Shown here: one piece after another, positions 48,752 to 60,796 of the stretch | Numbering within the stretch: the stretch's first letter is position 1 | Layout: every line of letters begins with the position of its first letter | From: an uncultured Verrucomicrobiae bacterium | Lineage (GTDB): Bacteria; Verrucomicrobiota; Verrucomicrobiia; Chthoniobacterales; Chthoniobacteraceae | NCBI GenBank assembly: GCA_963769025.1 | Contig: CAVYKI010000006.1 | Coordinates: 576,001-640,000 of the forward strand | DNA length: 64,000 nt | Reading direction: 5' to 3' | Translations under genes and position numbers: made by a program | Notes under the pieces: model-generated | What the model was told of the DNA's origin: nothing | What the model saw: the letters and a program-made list of their open reading frames with translations, nothing else | Databases searched by the model: none

Positions 48752-50260
48752 ATGAAATCCCTCCGCCTCCTCGCCGCATTCCTTCTCGCAGCCGCCGTCG
48801 CCCGTTCCGCCACGCACGCTGCGGAGAAGCCGAACGTCATCTTTCTCCTCGCCGACGACATCGGCTATGCGGACCTCTCGTGCTACGGCGCGAAGCACGT
48901 GAAGACTCCGAACCTCGACCGGCTTGCTGCGCAGGGGTGCCGGTTCACGGATGCGCATTCGCCGGCGTCCACTTGCACGCCCACGCGGCGCGCGTTCCTC
49001 ACCGGCGTGTATTCGTGGCGCCAGCAGCCGGGATCGAGCATCGCGCCGGGGGATGCGCCGCTGAGCATTCCTGTCGGCACGCCCACCGTGGCGTCCATCA
49101 TGAAGCAGGCGGGCTACCGCACGGGCATCGTGGGGAAGTGGCACATGGGACTCGGGCCTGAGGGCGGGCCGGATTGGAATGGCGACATCAAGCCGGGGCC
49201 GATGGAGATCGGTTTTGACTCGTCGTTCATCATGGCTGCCACTGGTGACCGTGTGCCGACGGTATACGTGGACGGGCACCGCATCGCCGGGCTCGATCCG
49301 AAGGATCCCATCACCGTCAGCTACAAGGCGAAAGTGGGCGCTGAGCCGACGGGTCGCGAGAATCCCGAGGTGCTGAAGCTCAAGCACACGCACGGCCATG
49401 ACATGACGATCGTGAATGGCGTGGGTCGCATCGGCTGGATGACGGGCGGCAAGGCAGCGCGCTGGAAGGATGAAGACATGAGCGACATCTTTGCCGGCAA
49501 GGCCGTGAAGTTCATCGAGGACAGCAAGGACACGCCGTTTTTCCTGTACTACGCCACGCATAATATCCATGTGCCCCGCGTCCCGCATCCGCGCTTCAAA
49601 GGCAGGAGCGGTGCGGGCACCCGTGGCGATGCGATCGCGGAACTCGATGACGCCGTCGGCAAGGTGATGGCGAAACTCGACGAGCTGAAACTCACGGAAA
49701 AGACGCTGTTCATTTTCAGCAGCGACAATGGCGGAGTGATGGATGACGGCTACGAGGACGTCGGCAGCTTCGACTACAATCCGAACACGCCGCTCAACGG
49801 CCGCAAGGGCAACGTCCTTGAGGGCGGCCACCGCGTACCCTTCATCGCGTGCTGGCCGGGACACATCAAACCCGGCACGAAGAGCGACGCACTCATCGCG
49901 CTGCTCGACATGCCCGCCACGTTTGCAGCGCTCACTGGCGTGAAAATCCCGCCCGGTGGCTGTCGCGATAGCGTCAACGTGCTCCCCGCGCTCCTCGGCG
50001 AAGCGAAGACCGCGCGCGAAACCTTCGTCGCCCACAACGGCGGGATGAGAGGTCCCTTCGGCTTTCGTGTCGGCAACTGGAAGCTCATCACCGCGGGCGC
50101 GAGCGCCTACGGGGGAGGAAAGAAAAACGCGAAACCCGGGGAGTCTGGCGTGCAACTCTTCGACCTCGCCGCCGACCTCGGCGAAACCAAAAACCTCGCC
50201 AGCGAAAAGCCTGAAAAGGTGAAGGAACTCGGCGACCTGCTCTCGAAGATCCGTGATTAG
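48752..50260 (+). CDS. Secreted Cys-type sulfatase (arylsulfatase family)
   Basis: PNVIFLLADDIG, CTPTR (CxPxR), GKWH, SDNG, EGGHRVP. Confidence 0.95.
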   Translation: MKSLRLLAAFLLAAAVARSATHAAEKPNVIFLLADDIGYADLSCYGAKHVKTPNLDRLAAQGCRFTDAHSPASTCTPTRRAFLTGVYSWRQQPGSSIAPGDAPLSIPVGTPTVASIMKQAGYRTGIVGKWHMGLGPEGGPDWNGDIKPGPMEIGFDSSFIMAATGDRVPTVYVDGHRIAGLDPKDPITVSYKAKVGAEPTGRENPEVLKLKHTHGHDMTIVNGVGRIGWMTGGKAARWKDEDMSDIFAGKAVKFIEDSKDTPFFLYYATHNIHVPRVPHPRFKGRSGAGTRGDAIAELDDAVGKVMAKLDELKLTEKTLFIFSSDNGGVMDDGYEDVGSFDYNPNTPLNGRKGNVLEGGHRVPFIACWPGHIKPGTKSDALIALLDMPATFAALTGVKIPPGGCRDSVNVLPALLGEAKTARETFVAHNGGMRGPFGFRVGNWKLITAGASAYGGGKKNAKPGESGVQLFDLAADLGETKNLASEKPEKVKELGDLLSKIRD

Positions 50261-50427
50261 GGAAATCGGATCAGGAGCGGCGGGCCGTTGCCTTCCGCCG
50301 CCGCCGGTGTCGCTTTTCGGGTGGTGATTGGGCGGCGAACGCGAGGCAAATGTGCCAATTTTCGCCTCCGGCAAAAAAAGCCTTGCGTGCCAGCAGGGAC
50401 ATCTCCTACGTTCCCGCCCACGAAAAC

Positions 50428-50500
50428 GCGGGCGTAGCTCAGTTGGTAGAGCATCTCGTTGCCAACGAGAATGTCGAGAGTTCGAATCTCTTCGCCCGCT
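50428..50500 (+). tRNA. tRNA-Gly(GCC), CCA not encoded
   Basis: GCGGGCG/CGCCCGC acceptor stem, D-arm AGCTCAGTTGGTAGAGC, anticodon GCC 50461-63, GTTCGAATC T-loop. Confidence 0.97.
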
Positions 50501-50744
50501 CTCCTTTCGTCACAGGTGTCCCCGGCAGGGACGAGGCAGGGCATCGGGGGTGGGGAAACGGGATCCTCACCGGGGATTTGGTATGTCCAAATTCACCAAG
50601 GCGTCGAACTCATCGCGGGCGGGCGTGTCGCTGCGATGGGAAGGGGCAGGGGCGGAATTCCATCCATGCTCCGGTGTTGACGAAGGTCGCCAGCGTCCCT
50701 TTTATGCGCCGTTCTTTCTCCAGGCACTCAAAGAACCAACATAG

Positions 50745-51803
<1,059 letters not shown>

Positions 51804-51942
51804 GCACTCCGCGCCAGATGGCGCGCAAACATTCACCAAGACGCCGGGCGGGCCGCAGAGGCTCCCCGGCGTTTTGCTTTTCACGGCCGGCATCCGCGAC
51901 CCTTGACCCGGCGTATCCGGCAGTGCTTCGTTCCACTCCTTC

Positions 51943-53076
51943 ATGCTAAGGCTCGCGCTCAAGATGCTCTACGGTGACGTGGCGAAGTTCGTCATGCTTC
52001 TCGGCGGGCTCACATTTTGCGCCCTGCTGATGACCCAGCAGAGCGGGGTCTTCTGCGGGTTGATGCTCTGGACCACGTCCACACTGCGGAACATCAAGGT
52101 GCCGATCTGGGTCTGCGATGCAAAGGTCGAGCAGGTCAACGAAGTGATCCCGCTGCGCGACATCGAGGTGAACCGCGTGCGCAGCATCGAGGGCGTGGAC
52201 TGGGCGGTGCCGCTTTACTGGGGAATCATCCAGGCGCGCCTGCGCGACGGCTCATTCCAACCGGTGCAGCTCACCGGGCTCGACAGCGCGACGATGGTCG
52301 GCCGCCCGGCACGCATGACTGCGGGCAACATCGAGGATTTGCGGCTGCCGAACGCGGTCATCGTCGATCAGATCGCGATCAAGAAATTCAAGCGCAAGGG
52401 CTTCGACCTCAAACTCGGCGACACTTTCGAGATCAACGACAAGGAGGCTCGCGTCGTCGGCATCTGTTACGCCGAGCAGAGCTTTCTCGGACAGCCGTAC
52501 GTTTACACGACCTACGAGCGCGCGCTCGAATACGCGCCGCCGCAGCGCAAGCTGCTCTCGTTCGTGCTGGTGAAGCCGCGTGACGACGTGGCGGCCGCCG
52601 ACGTCGTCCGGCGAATCCGTGCGATCCCCGGGCTCAATGCGTTCACCGATCAGGAATTCAACGACCGCACCATCGACTGGTATATCAAGTACACCGGCAT
52701 CCCGATTTCCTTCGGCACCGTGGTCATCCTCGGCGCGCTCGTGGGCATCGCGATCGCGGGGCAGACCTTCTACCTTTTCGTGCATGAAAATGTGCGGCAC
52801 CTCGCCGCGCTGAAGGCGATGGGCGCGGACAACACGCTGCTCGCCGAGATGGTATTCCTGCAGGCGTTCACCGTCGGCACGATGGGCTACGGCCTGGGCA
52901 CGGGACTCACCGCCATCTTCGGGAACATCTTCCTGAAAACGGGCGAGCCGCCGTTCTTCCTCCCGTGGCAGGTGCTCGCGTTCACGGGATCGATCATCGT
53001 TTTCATCTGCCTCTTCTCGGCCTCGATCGGGCTGCTCAAAGTCATCCGCGCCGAGCCGGCGATCGTATTCCGATGA
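51943..53076 (+). CDS. ABC transporter permease (MacB/FtsX-like)
   Basis: N-terminal TM, periplasmic loop, LKAMGA, three C-terminal TMs, EPAIVFR. Confidence 0.9.
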   Translation: MLRLALKMLYGDVAKFVMLLGGLTFCALLMTQQSGVFCGLMLWTTSTLRNIKVPIWVCDAKVEQVNEVIPLRDIEVNRVRSIEGVDWAVPLYWGIIQARLRDGSFQPVQLTGLDSATMVGRPARMTAGNIEDLRLPNAVIVDQIAIKKFKRKGFDLKLGDTFEINDKEARVVGICYAEQSFLGQPYVYTTYERALEYAPPQRKLLSFVLVKPRDDVAAADVVRRIRAIPGLNAFTDQEFNDRTIDWYIKYTGIPISFGTVVILGALVGIAIAGQTFYLFVHENVRHLAALKAMGADNTLLAEMVFLQAFTVGTMGYGLGTGLTAIFGNIFLKTGEPPFFLPWQVLAFTGSIIVFICLFSASIGLLKVIRAEPAIVFR

Positions 53077-53798
53077 TCGAGAACGGAAAACAGACCGCCG
53101 TGCTCACACGCGGCGTCACGAAGACGTTTGGCCGCGGCGACAACGCCGTGCGTGCGCTCAAGGGCGTGGATTTTGAAGCGCGCTGCGGCGAGATGGTGAT
53201 GATCGTCGGCCCGTCCGGCTGCGGGAAGACGACCTTCCTCAGCGTCATCTGCGGCACGATGAAGGCCGACGCGGGCAGCGTGGATGTCTTCGGCACCGAC
53301 CTCATCCATCTCCGCGCCGGCAGGCTCACGGAGTTTCGCGGGCGGAACGTCGGGTTCATCTTCCAGCAGTTCAATCTCATCCCGACCTGGAACATCCTCG
53401 AGAACGCGAGCATCCCGCTGCTCCTGCAGGGCCAGAGCCGGCGCAAGGCTGAGGACACCGCGGCGGCGATGCTCACCGAGGTCGGCCTCGGCGAGCGGCT
53501 CGGCGCGCATCCGCAGCAGCTCTCCGGCGGCCAGCAGCAGCGCGTCGCCATCGCCCGCGCGCTCGTGCATGAGCCGCGCCTGCTCATCTGCGACGAGCCC
53601 ACCGCGGCGCTCGACGCCGCGACGGGGCACAAGGTTCTCGAACTCCTCAAGGCCAGTGCCTGCCGCGCGGATCGCTGCGTCATCGTCGTCACCCACGACA
53701 GCCGCATCTTCAGCTTCGCGGACCGCATCGCGGAAATGGAGGACGGCATCGTGAAAAGGATCCACGACGCCGGGCAGTATAACGCCCAATACGTCTGA
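53073..53798 (+). CDS. ABC transporter ATP-binding protein
   Basis: GPSGCGKT, LSGGQQQR, DEPT, VTHD. Confidence 0.95.
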   Translation: MIENGKQTAVLTRGVTKTFGRGDNAVRALKGVDFEARCGEMVMIVGPSGCGKTTFLSVICGTMKADAGSVDVFGTDLIHLRAGRLTEFRGRNVGFIFQQFNLIPTWNILENASIPLLLQGQSRRKAEDTAAAMLTEVGLGERLGAHPQQLSGGQQQRVAIARALVHEPRLLICDEPTAALDAATGHKVLELLKASACRADRCVIVVTHDSRIFSFADRIAEMEDGIVKRIHDAGQYNAQYV

Positions 53799-53816
53799 GT
53801 TGCGCCCGCATTTTCC

Positions 53817-54770
53817 ATGAAACGCCTCATCTTCTGGCTCCTCATTGTCACCGCGATTGTCGGTGCATTCGCGTCCGTGCGGCTCGTGCTCACGTCGCGG
53901 AAAACCATTCCCGCCGCCACCGCACTCAACGAACCGCCGCGCGCGCCATTTCCGAAATCCATCGGCGGCCGCGGCCTCGTCGAGAGCGTGAACGAAAACG
54001 TCCGCATCGCCCCGGCCGTCGCCGCGCTGGTCGCGAAGGTGAATGTGAAGGTCGGTGACGACGTGAACAAAGGCGACGTCCTCATCGAGCAGGACACGCG
54101 CGACGCCGCGGCGCTCGTCACCGCGCAGGAGGCGGAATTCGAAGCGCTGCAAAAGCAGCTAGCGGAGGCGGAGGTGGGTCTCGCCGACAAGCGCGACCAG
54201 TGGGAGCGCATGCAAAAGCTGATCGCGACCGGCGTCGCCAGCGAGGACGAGAAACAGCGCAAGCTATTCGCCGTGCAGAGCGCGGAGGCGCAGTTTGGCA
54301 GCATGAAGGCGCGCATCGCGGGCGCGGAGGCGCAACTCCATCGCGCAAAGGTCCAGCTCGACCTCCTCACCATCCGCGCGCCGCGCGACGGCCGCATCCT
54401 TCAGGTCAACATCCGTGCCGGGGAATACGCGTCGCCGATGACGCTCATGGCCGGCGCGACGGACCCCATCCTCATCCTCGGCCAGACCGAGCAGCTCCAG
54501 CTCCGCGCAGACATCGACGAGGACAACGCCTCGCGCGTCCGTCCCGGCATGGAGGCGAAGGCATACATCAAGGGCCGTCGCGACGTGGAGATCCTGTTGC
54601 GGTTCGTTCGCATCGAGCCGTACATCGTTCCGAAACGATCGCTCACCGGCGACAGCAGCGAACATGTGGACACCCGCGTGTTGCAAATCATCTACCGCTT
54701 CGACCGCCCCCAGGGCGCCAGCATTTACGTCGGCCAGCAGATGGATGTCTTCCTCGACGCAGGGAAATAG
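53817..54770 (+). CDS. Periplasmic adaptor (HlyD/MFP family)
   Basis: VKVGDDVNKG lipoyl half, helical hairpin, IRAPRDG, VDTRVLQIIY. Confidence 0.9.
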   Translation: MKRLIFWLLIVTAIVGAFASVRLVLTSRKTIPAATALNEPPRAPFPKSIGGRGLVESVNENVRIAPAVAALVAKVNVKVGDDVNKGDVLIEQDTRDAAALVTAQEAEFEALQKQLAEAEVGLADKRDQWERMQKLIATGVASEDEKQRKLFAVQSAEAQFGSMKARIAGAEAQLHRAKVQLDLLTIRAPRDGRILQVNIRAGEYASPMTLMAGATDPILILGQTEQLQLRADIDEDNASRVRPGMEAKAYIKGRRDVEILLRFVRIEPYIVPKRSLTGDSSEHVDTRVLQIIYRFDRPQGASIYVGQQMDVFLDAGK

Positions 54771-55706
54771 ATGCGCACTATCGGAGCCGTGAATCCCGTG
54801 TTCCTCCTCCTTCGTTCCCGTGCTGCTGCGGTTCTCGCCGTTTCGTTTTTTCTCACCCGCGGCGTGTATGCCGATGATGCCGCCGTCGCGAAGCAGCTCG
54901 AAGCGATCGGCGGCAAGGTCACGCAGAGGGATGGCGTCGTGTCTCAGGTGGAATTCCGGGATTGCACCAAAATCGGCGACGCGGAATTGCGCGCAATCGG
55001 GCAGCTCTCGCACCTGAAAAGCTTGACGCTGTACGGCAAGCTTCACGGCTTGAACGACTCAACTGTCGGGCATCTCAAGGGACTTCAGGAGCTCGAATCG
55101 CTCTCCACCGACGGCGCGCAACTGAGCGATGCCGGCCTCGCGCAGCTCGCTGCGCTGTCCAGCCTGCGCTCCGCGGCATTCTTTCACCTGTCGTTCCGCA
55201 TGGAGGGTTTCACCGGCAAGGGTTTCGCCGCATGGAAGGTGCTGCCGAAACTGGAGCGGCTCACCGTCGCGGGCATGACCATGGGCGATGAAGGGTTCGC
55301 CGCCATCGCGACTCTCACCGGCTTGCGCGATCTCTCGACGTGGCACACCTATCAGACCGAGGCCGGCAACGCCGAGATCGCAAAGCTGCCGAGCCTCACG
55401 AGCCTGAAGCTCGGCCAGCGCCTCCCGCACGCCGGGGCGAAGGCGCCGAGCCTTAGCGACGCGTCGCTGCCGACGCTCGCAATAATCAAAACCCTCGAGT
55501 CGCTGAAGATCGGCGAGGCGCAGTTCACCCTTGAAGCTTTGCGGGCTCTGAAAGCGCTGCCGAAGCTGAAGCAGCTCGCCATCTACGAATCCAACATCGC
55601 TGCCACCGACGTGGAGAAGCTTCGCGCGGAGATGCCGGGCGTGAAGATTGACTTCCAGCCGCTCACGGATGAACAGCGCAAGAAGCTGGAGTCGTATCTG
55701 AAGTGA
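54771..55706 (+). CDS. Exported leucine-rich-repeat protein
   Basis: Repeated LxxLxxLxL and ..DAGL.. motifs after a signal-like N-terminus. Confidence 0.8.
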   Translation: MRTIGAVNPVFLLLRSRAAAVLAVSFFLTRGVYADDAAVAKQLEAIGGKVTQRDGVVSQVEFRDCTKIGDAELRAIGQLSHLKSLTLYGKLHGLNDSTVGHLKGLQELESLSTDGAQLSDAGLAQLAALSSLRSAAFFHLSFRMEGFTGKGFAAWKVLPKLERLTVAGMTMGDEGFAAIATLTGLRDLSTWHTYQTEAGNAEIAKLPSLTSLKLGQRLPHAGAKAPSLSDASLPTLAIIKTLESLKIGEAQFTLEALRALKALPKLKQLAIYESNIAATDVEKLRAEMPGVKIDFQPLTDEQRKKLESYLK

Positions 55707-55764
55707 TCGTCTCCGGCGACATGCGGAGCGAAAAACCGGCAGCTTTCTGAAACCACCGCAACGG

Positions 55765-57549
55765 TCAGCCCTGGGTGGTGGGCATGTAGCGGTAGAAGAC
55801 CTCGAGCATGAGGATGCAGAGCGAGGTGCGGTAAACGGCGCCGGTCATACTTTCTGATCGCTCCGGGCCGATGCCGCGGCCACCGGTGGCCGGCCAGCTT
55901 CCGTCGCGGTTTTGCGCGTCGCAGATCTCGTCCTGGAACCAGCCGTTCCATTTGGTCCACGCTTCACCGCCAAACATCAGGCAGGCCTGCGTGTGATAAT
56001 ACCAGGCGTAGAGGTCCGCGCTGTCCCCATGGTATTTCACCGGCATTCGCGTCTCGGTTTGATCGAGCAGCCATTCCATGCCTTTGCGGAGCGCGGCGCG
56101 GTCGGCGCGCCAGAAGAGCTGACAGAGGATTCCGACGCCGGTGAGGCTGTACTTGTCCCCGGCCTCGCGGTATCCGTATCCGCCTCTCGGGCCGCGCACG
56201 CGCTCAATGTAGGCGATGGCCTTGTCGAGCGCGACATCGACTCCGGCGATTTTGATCTGGCTGAGGTGCGCGGCCTTGAGCGCCTGGATCTGCCAGCCGC
56301 TCACCGAGAGGTCGTCCTCGCTTTGGTCGTAGGAATACATCCACCCGCCGCCGGGGCCCTGGCCTTGGACGATGTAGCCGATGGCCTGCTTGAAAAGTGC
56401 GGCGACGCGTTCGTCCTTGGTCATCGTGTAGTACTCACCGAGCGCGTAGGCGCAGATGGCGTGCTCATAGACGCCGGACTGATTGAAGGAACTGGCCATG
56501 TGCAGCCGGCCTTCGTGCTTGGTGCCGTTGTCGAGGATCCACTGGACGGCACTTTTCACCGTCGAGCCGAATCCCGGCGACGTCGGCGTTTCGCCATGCC
56601 CGAGGAAGCAGAGCAGGCCGAGGCCGGTCATCGCTCCCTTGTTGCTGTCGCCCCACGAACCGTCCGCGTTCTGGTTCTGCATCAGCCAGACGAGGCCGTT
56701 CAGGACCGCCTGCTCGGACTTGGGCTTCATACCGTTCAGCGCCATCGCCTTTGCCATGCCGACGCCGGTGCGGCCACCCATGGCGCCGGGGAGGCTGCCG
56801 GCAAATCCCCGCGCCGCCGCGACCCTCACCTTCACTTGCGGGATGGCGACCTTGAAATTGCTGGCCGGGGTCGCGGTGGTGATCACGTTCACCGTCGGCG
56901 CGTCGAGGTTCGGCGTCGGTTGCACGACCTTCTCCGTGGGCACCGAGTCAGCGGGCGTCTCCGGCGGTGCCAAAAGGTCGTCCGTCGACGCAATCAGCCC
57001 GTTTCCACCCTCGGCGACGAAATCCGGCGGCTCCACGGCCACTTTGTAAAAGACGAACGTCCCCGCGAGAATCACGATGATCGTATGGATGACCAGCGAG
57101 AGCATGAAGTAGCGCGACTCGGCGAGAGTCTGCTGCAGCCGTTGCGCAAAGGTCAGCGACTCGACCGGTTCGATCGGTTCGATCGGCTTGACCGATTCGG
57201 CGCGTTGCTCGGCCTTCGCGGTGACCGGGATGGGGGGCGGCATGTCCGCGGCGGACTGCTTTTCGCGGCGGTAATAGCAGACGATCGGGCCAAAGCGAAT
57301 CTCGTCTCCCTCCGAGAGCGGCGCTTCGCTGATCCGTTTCCGGTTCAGTTTGGTCCCGTTGGATGACGTCAGATCCCGGAGCAGCGTCTTGCCGTCCTTG
57401 GTGGTGACTTCGGCGTGAAAAATCGAAACGAACTCGTGATCCAAGACGACGGTGTTCTTCGGATGGCGCCCGATGGAAATCAGATCACCAGCGACCGGAA
57501 AGGTCCGGGATTTGCCGGTGTCAGATTCGAAAACTAGCTGGTGGGCCAT
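55765..57549 (-). CDS. FHA domain + TM helix + prenyltransferase/squalene-cyclase-like alpha/alpha repeat protein
   Basis: [17 protein letters not shown] (FHA); SLVIH TM helix; [19 protein letters not shown] repeats. Confidence 0.85.
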   Translation of the reverse strand: MAHQLVFESDTGKSRTFPVAGDLISIGRHPKNTVVLDHEFVSIFHAEVTTKDGKTLLRDLTSSNGTKLNRKRISEAPLSEGDEIRFGPIVCYYRREKQSAADMPPPIPVTAKAEQRAESVKPIEPIEPVESLTFAQRLQQTLAESRYFMLSLVIHTIIVILAGTFVFYKVAVEPPDFVAEGGNGLIASTDDLLAPPETPADSVPTEKVVQPTPNLDAPTVNVITTATPASNFKVAIPQVKVRVAAARGFAGSLPGAMGGRTGVGMAKAMALNGMKPKSEQAVLNGLVWLMQNQNADGSWGDSNKGAMTGLGLLCFLGHGETPTSPGFGSTVKSAVQWILDNGTKHEGRLHMASSFNQSGVYEHAICAYALGEYYTMTKDERVAALFKQAIGYIVQGQGPGGGWMYSYDQSEDDLSVSGWQIQALKAAHLSQIKIAGVDVALDKAIAYIERVRGPRGGYGYREAGDKYSLTGVGILCQLFWRADRAALRKGMEWLLDQTETRMPVKYHGDSADLYAWYYHTQACLMFGGEAWTKWNGWFQDEICDAQNRDGSWPATGGRGIGPERSESMTGAVYRTSLCILMLEVFYRYMPTTQG

Positions 57550-57749
57550 ACGAGGGGCGTATGAGAGTCATGAATTCAGCCGTCGAGGAAGCGAACGCAA
57601 CCGAAATATCCCGCACGAGTCGCGGGAACGGCGGACGCGTCATGGGATGGTTGCGAAGGGCTGGCCGTTCGCCCGCGCAACCGTGCAGGAGATCAGCATC
57701 AAGTTCGCCGCGCGGCTTTGCGACAAGCCGCGGGCGCCACGCGATGCCA

Positions 57750-58393
57750 TCCATGTCGGCCGACTTCGGAGGCAACTCGCTCATCGGCGCCATGACGCCG
57801 CGGCGCTGTCGCAGGTGCCGATGTTGCCGGATGAATTTGCGGCGCAGAAGGATCTCTTCCCGGAGGGGCGCCTCGACCAGGACATGCAGCAGGTCGATCT
57901 GCGCGAGCGCAACTCATGGCGGCTCATGCTCGCCGAGGTGCCGGCCGTGGAACTGCTGGAGGTCCAGCTCGTGAATGCCATCGCGCCTTTCATCCTGAAC
58001 GCCCGGCTGAAGCCGCTCATGCTGCGGTGCCCGGAGCGCGACAAGCACATCGTGAATGTCTCCGCCGTCGAGGGGCAGTTCTACCGCAGTTTCAAGACGA
58101 CGCGGCATCCGCACACGAACATGGCCAAGGCCGCGCTCAACATGATGACGCGCACTTCGGCCACGGATTACTTCGCCGATGGCATCCACATGAACAGCGT
58201 GGACACCGGCTGGGTGACGGACGAAGACCCCGCGCACATCGCTGCGCGCAAGGTCGAGGAACACCGCTTCCATCCGCCGCTCGACATCGTGGACGGCGCG
58301 GCGCGGATCGTGGACCCGATCATCGCCGGCTTTAACACTGGCGAGCACGTGTGGGGAAAATTCCTGAAGGACTACAAGCCCGCACACTGGTAG
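57750..58393 (+). pseudogene. C-terminal fragment of an extended SDR oxidoreductase; N-terminal NAD-binding part absent
   Basis: [44 protein letters not shown]; no TGxxxGxG motif or credible start upstream. Confidence 0.7.
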
Positions 58394-58555
58394 CAGGGCG
58401 GGGATACCAGATTTGCGGGCAGCGTAATCTGAGATACACGACGTTGTACCGCCAAACGCACTCCTTCCTCGCAACCGTGAACCATATCCGACACGAACTG
58501 TTCCTCACATGGCGCCCGACCAATGAAGCGGGCGACTTCGATTCAGTTTTTGACA

Positions 58556-58987
58556 ATGAGCATGTTCGCTTGGAATTGGGAAAATAGCGCGTTGCAGCTT
58601 GGAAAGCTGCTCGCGGCTTTCGTCGTGACGCTGCCTGTGGCTTGGAATCGCGAGCGCGCAGATCGCGTAATGGGGTTGCGGACGTTTCCGCTCGTTGCGA
58701 TGGCGAGCTGCGGGTTTATGCTTCTTGCGGAAAGTGCGTTTGCCTCCCATCCGGACGCTCAGGCGCGGGCTCTCCAAGGAATCATAACCGGGATCGGATT
58801 CATCGGAGCGGGCGCGATTTTGAAGCAGGACGGGAGCGTGAAAGGGAGCGCTACGGCGGCGAGCATTTGGAACGTTGGAGCGATCGGAGCGGCGGTTGCG
58901 CTCGGGCGCTATGAGATCGCAGTCCTGCTTGGCTTGGCCGATTTTCTCATCCTTCGTTACCTGTCGAAGTTGAAGCATGAAAAATAG
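58556..58987 (+). CDS. MgtC/SapB family membrane protein
   Basis: WNRE..GLRTFPLV, GIITGIGFIGAGAI, GSATAASIW. Confidence 0.9.
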   Translation: MSMFAWNWENSALQLGKLLAAFVVTLPVAWNRERADRVMGLRTFPLVAMASCGFMLLAESAFASHPDAQARALQGIITGIGFIGAGAILKQDGSVKGSATAASIWNVGAIGAAVALGRYEIAVLLGLADFLILRYLSKLKHEK

Positions 58988-59051
58988 ACGTTCGCTGCTT
59001 CGCATCCTGAAGGGTGAGGGAAGACCTGGATGCGGGTCGAGGAAACCGATC

Positions 59052-60512
59052 ATGCGAGAGCTTTTGCGGGTTGTTTTTGTGTGCGGCTTGTTGGCCTCCG
59101 CGGGTTCGGCTCAGGTGCCCGGAGCCAAGCCCGGCGAGCCGCCATCACCCACTTCCGCGAAGGAAGAACTTTCGCTGGCTCCGGCGAAGGTGGTCGTCAA
59201 CCCCGTGGCGCGGGACGAAGAAATTCGCAAACGTCTCCAGAGTGTCATGGATGCAACCGAGTGGTTCACCGTGCCGGAAGTCCGGGTCCAGGAGGGCGTC
59301 GTTTTTCTCAAGGGGAGGGCGGCAACCGCGGAGCTTAAAAAGTGGGCCGGCGATCTGGCTCGCAACACGCAGGACGTCGTCGCGGTCGCCAATCGGATGG
59401 AAGTGGCGGAGCCATCGACTTGGGATATGAGTCCAGCGTGGAATGGCCTTCTCGCACTCTGGCGTGATTTCCTCCGCTCGCTTCCATTGCTTGCTTTCGG
59501 CATCCTTATCCTCGCCTTGTCTGTGGGGGCGGCTATCTTTGCCACACGGAAATCGCGTTCACTTTTAGTGGAGCGCATTCAGGCCAAACTCCTCCGGAAT
59601 GTCGTCGCAGGAATCATTGGCGCGTTCGTGTTTCTTTTCGGGACCTACATCGTTCTCAGGGTCTCCGGTCTGACCCAGCTGGCATTGACCATCATAGGTG
59701 GAACGGGCCTCGTTGGGTTGGCCGTGGGTATCGCCTTCCGGGACATTACTGAGAACTTTCTGGCCAGCATTTTTCTGAGCATCCAGCGGCCTTTTGAAAT
59801 GGGCGACCTCGTTGAGGTCTCGGGGGTGACCGGTTACGTGCAGCAATTGAATGTGCGCACGACGATCTTGATGACCCTTGATGGCAACTTGGTGCAGATC
59901 CCAAACGCCAGCGTTTACAAGAGCAACCTTCGCAACTTCACCACCAACGCCAATCGTCGGGAGGTCTTCGACGTCGGGATCGGTTACGATGACTCGATTG
60001 GTGAGGCGCAGGAGATTGCGCTCAAAGTGCTCACGGACCATCCGGCTGTATTGAATGACCCCGAGCCGTCGGTGCTGGCCGAAAGCCTGGGGAAAGCGAC
60101 CGTCAACCTCCGGGTTTATTTTTGGGTCAACGGCCGCGAGCACAGTTGGATGAAAGTACGATCTTCGCTCATCCGCCTCGTGAAACGGGCGTTTCAAAAG
60201 CATGGCATCTCGATGCCCGACGAAGCCCGCGAGGTTGTCTTTCCCCGTGGAATTCCGGTCACGATGCTGAACGCGAAACCAGAGGAGGAGGCTGATGGCG
60301 CGACGGAAAAAAGCCCCAAGACCGGGCCAACGGCTGAAGAACCTGAGGCGACTTCCACGAAAGCGGAAGCCGGCTTGTATAGCGAAGAGGGCGTCATCAA
60401 GGAACAGGCTCGCCAAGCTCAACCACTGCCTGCAGCGGACAATCTTTTGGCCGGTGCACCGGACGCGCCTCCTCGTCGGGAACCGGATCCTCGAGGTTCG
60501 CGAGCTTCGTAG
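59052..60512 (+). CDS. BON-domain MscS-family mechanosensitive channel
   Basis: Signal peptide, BON (VRVQEGVVFLKG..VVAVANRM), GIAFRDITENF, PFEMGD, IPNA, GIGYD. Confidence 0.92.
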   Translation: MRELLRVVFVCGLLASAGSAQVPGAKPGEPPSPTSAKEELSLAPAKVVVNPVARDEEIRKRLQSVMDATEWFTVPEVRVQEGVVFLKGRAATAELKKWAGDLARNTQDVVAVANRMEVAEPSTWDMSPAWNGLLALWRDFLRSLPLLAFGILILALSVGAAIFATRKSRSLLVERIQAKLLRNVVAGIIGAFVFLFGTYIVLRVSGLTQLALTIIGGTGLVGLAVGIAFRDITENFLASIFLSIQRPFEMGDLVEVSGVTGYVQQLNVRTTILMTLDGNLVQIPNASVYKSNLRNFTTNANRREVFDVGIGYDDSIGEAQEIALKVLTDHPAVLNDPEPSVLAESLGKATVNLRVYFWVNGREHSWMKVRSSLIRLVKRAFQKHGISMPDEAREVVFPRGIPVTMLNAKPEEEADGATEKSPKTGPTAEEPEATSTKAEAGLYSEEGVIKEQARQAQPLPAADNLLAGAPDAPPRREPDPRGSRAS

Positions 60513-60745
60513 CAGTGGTCGTGGGGCGGATTTTCTGGCTGTCATCGACCAGCCGAGCAAACGAAAAGGTGTCCCGCCGCTCCGACTGGCCATTCCGAAG
60601 GGATGAGCCCTGACGCCTGTCGCGAGCAATCTCGAAACGGAGCAGTGGTGGGACGAAAACAGGGTGTAGTGGCGCCGCGACAGTGATGTCGGATTTCACG
60701 ACGATTTTCCAGCTGCCTGCCTCGGTCCTACAGGGTAGCGGGCGC

Positions 60746-60762
60746 TTGGCACGGGGAACGCA
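60746..60762 (+). promoter_or_regulatory. Putative sigma54 promoter of the ECF sigma gene
   Basis: TTGGCACGGGGAACGCA (TGGCACG -24 box, GG-N10-GC), 34 nt upstream of ATG 60797. Confidence 0.55.
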
Positions 60763-60796
60763 AAGGACGGAAGGCGAACCCAAAACCCAACCATTT

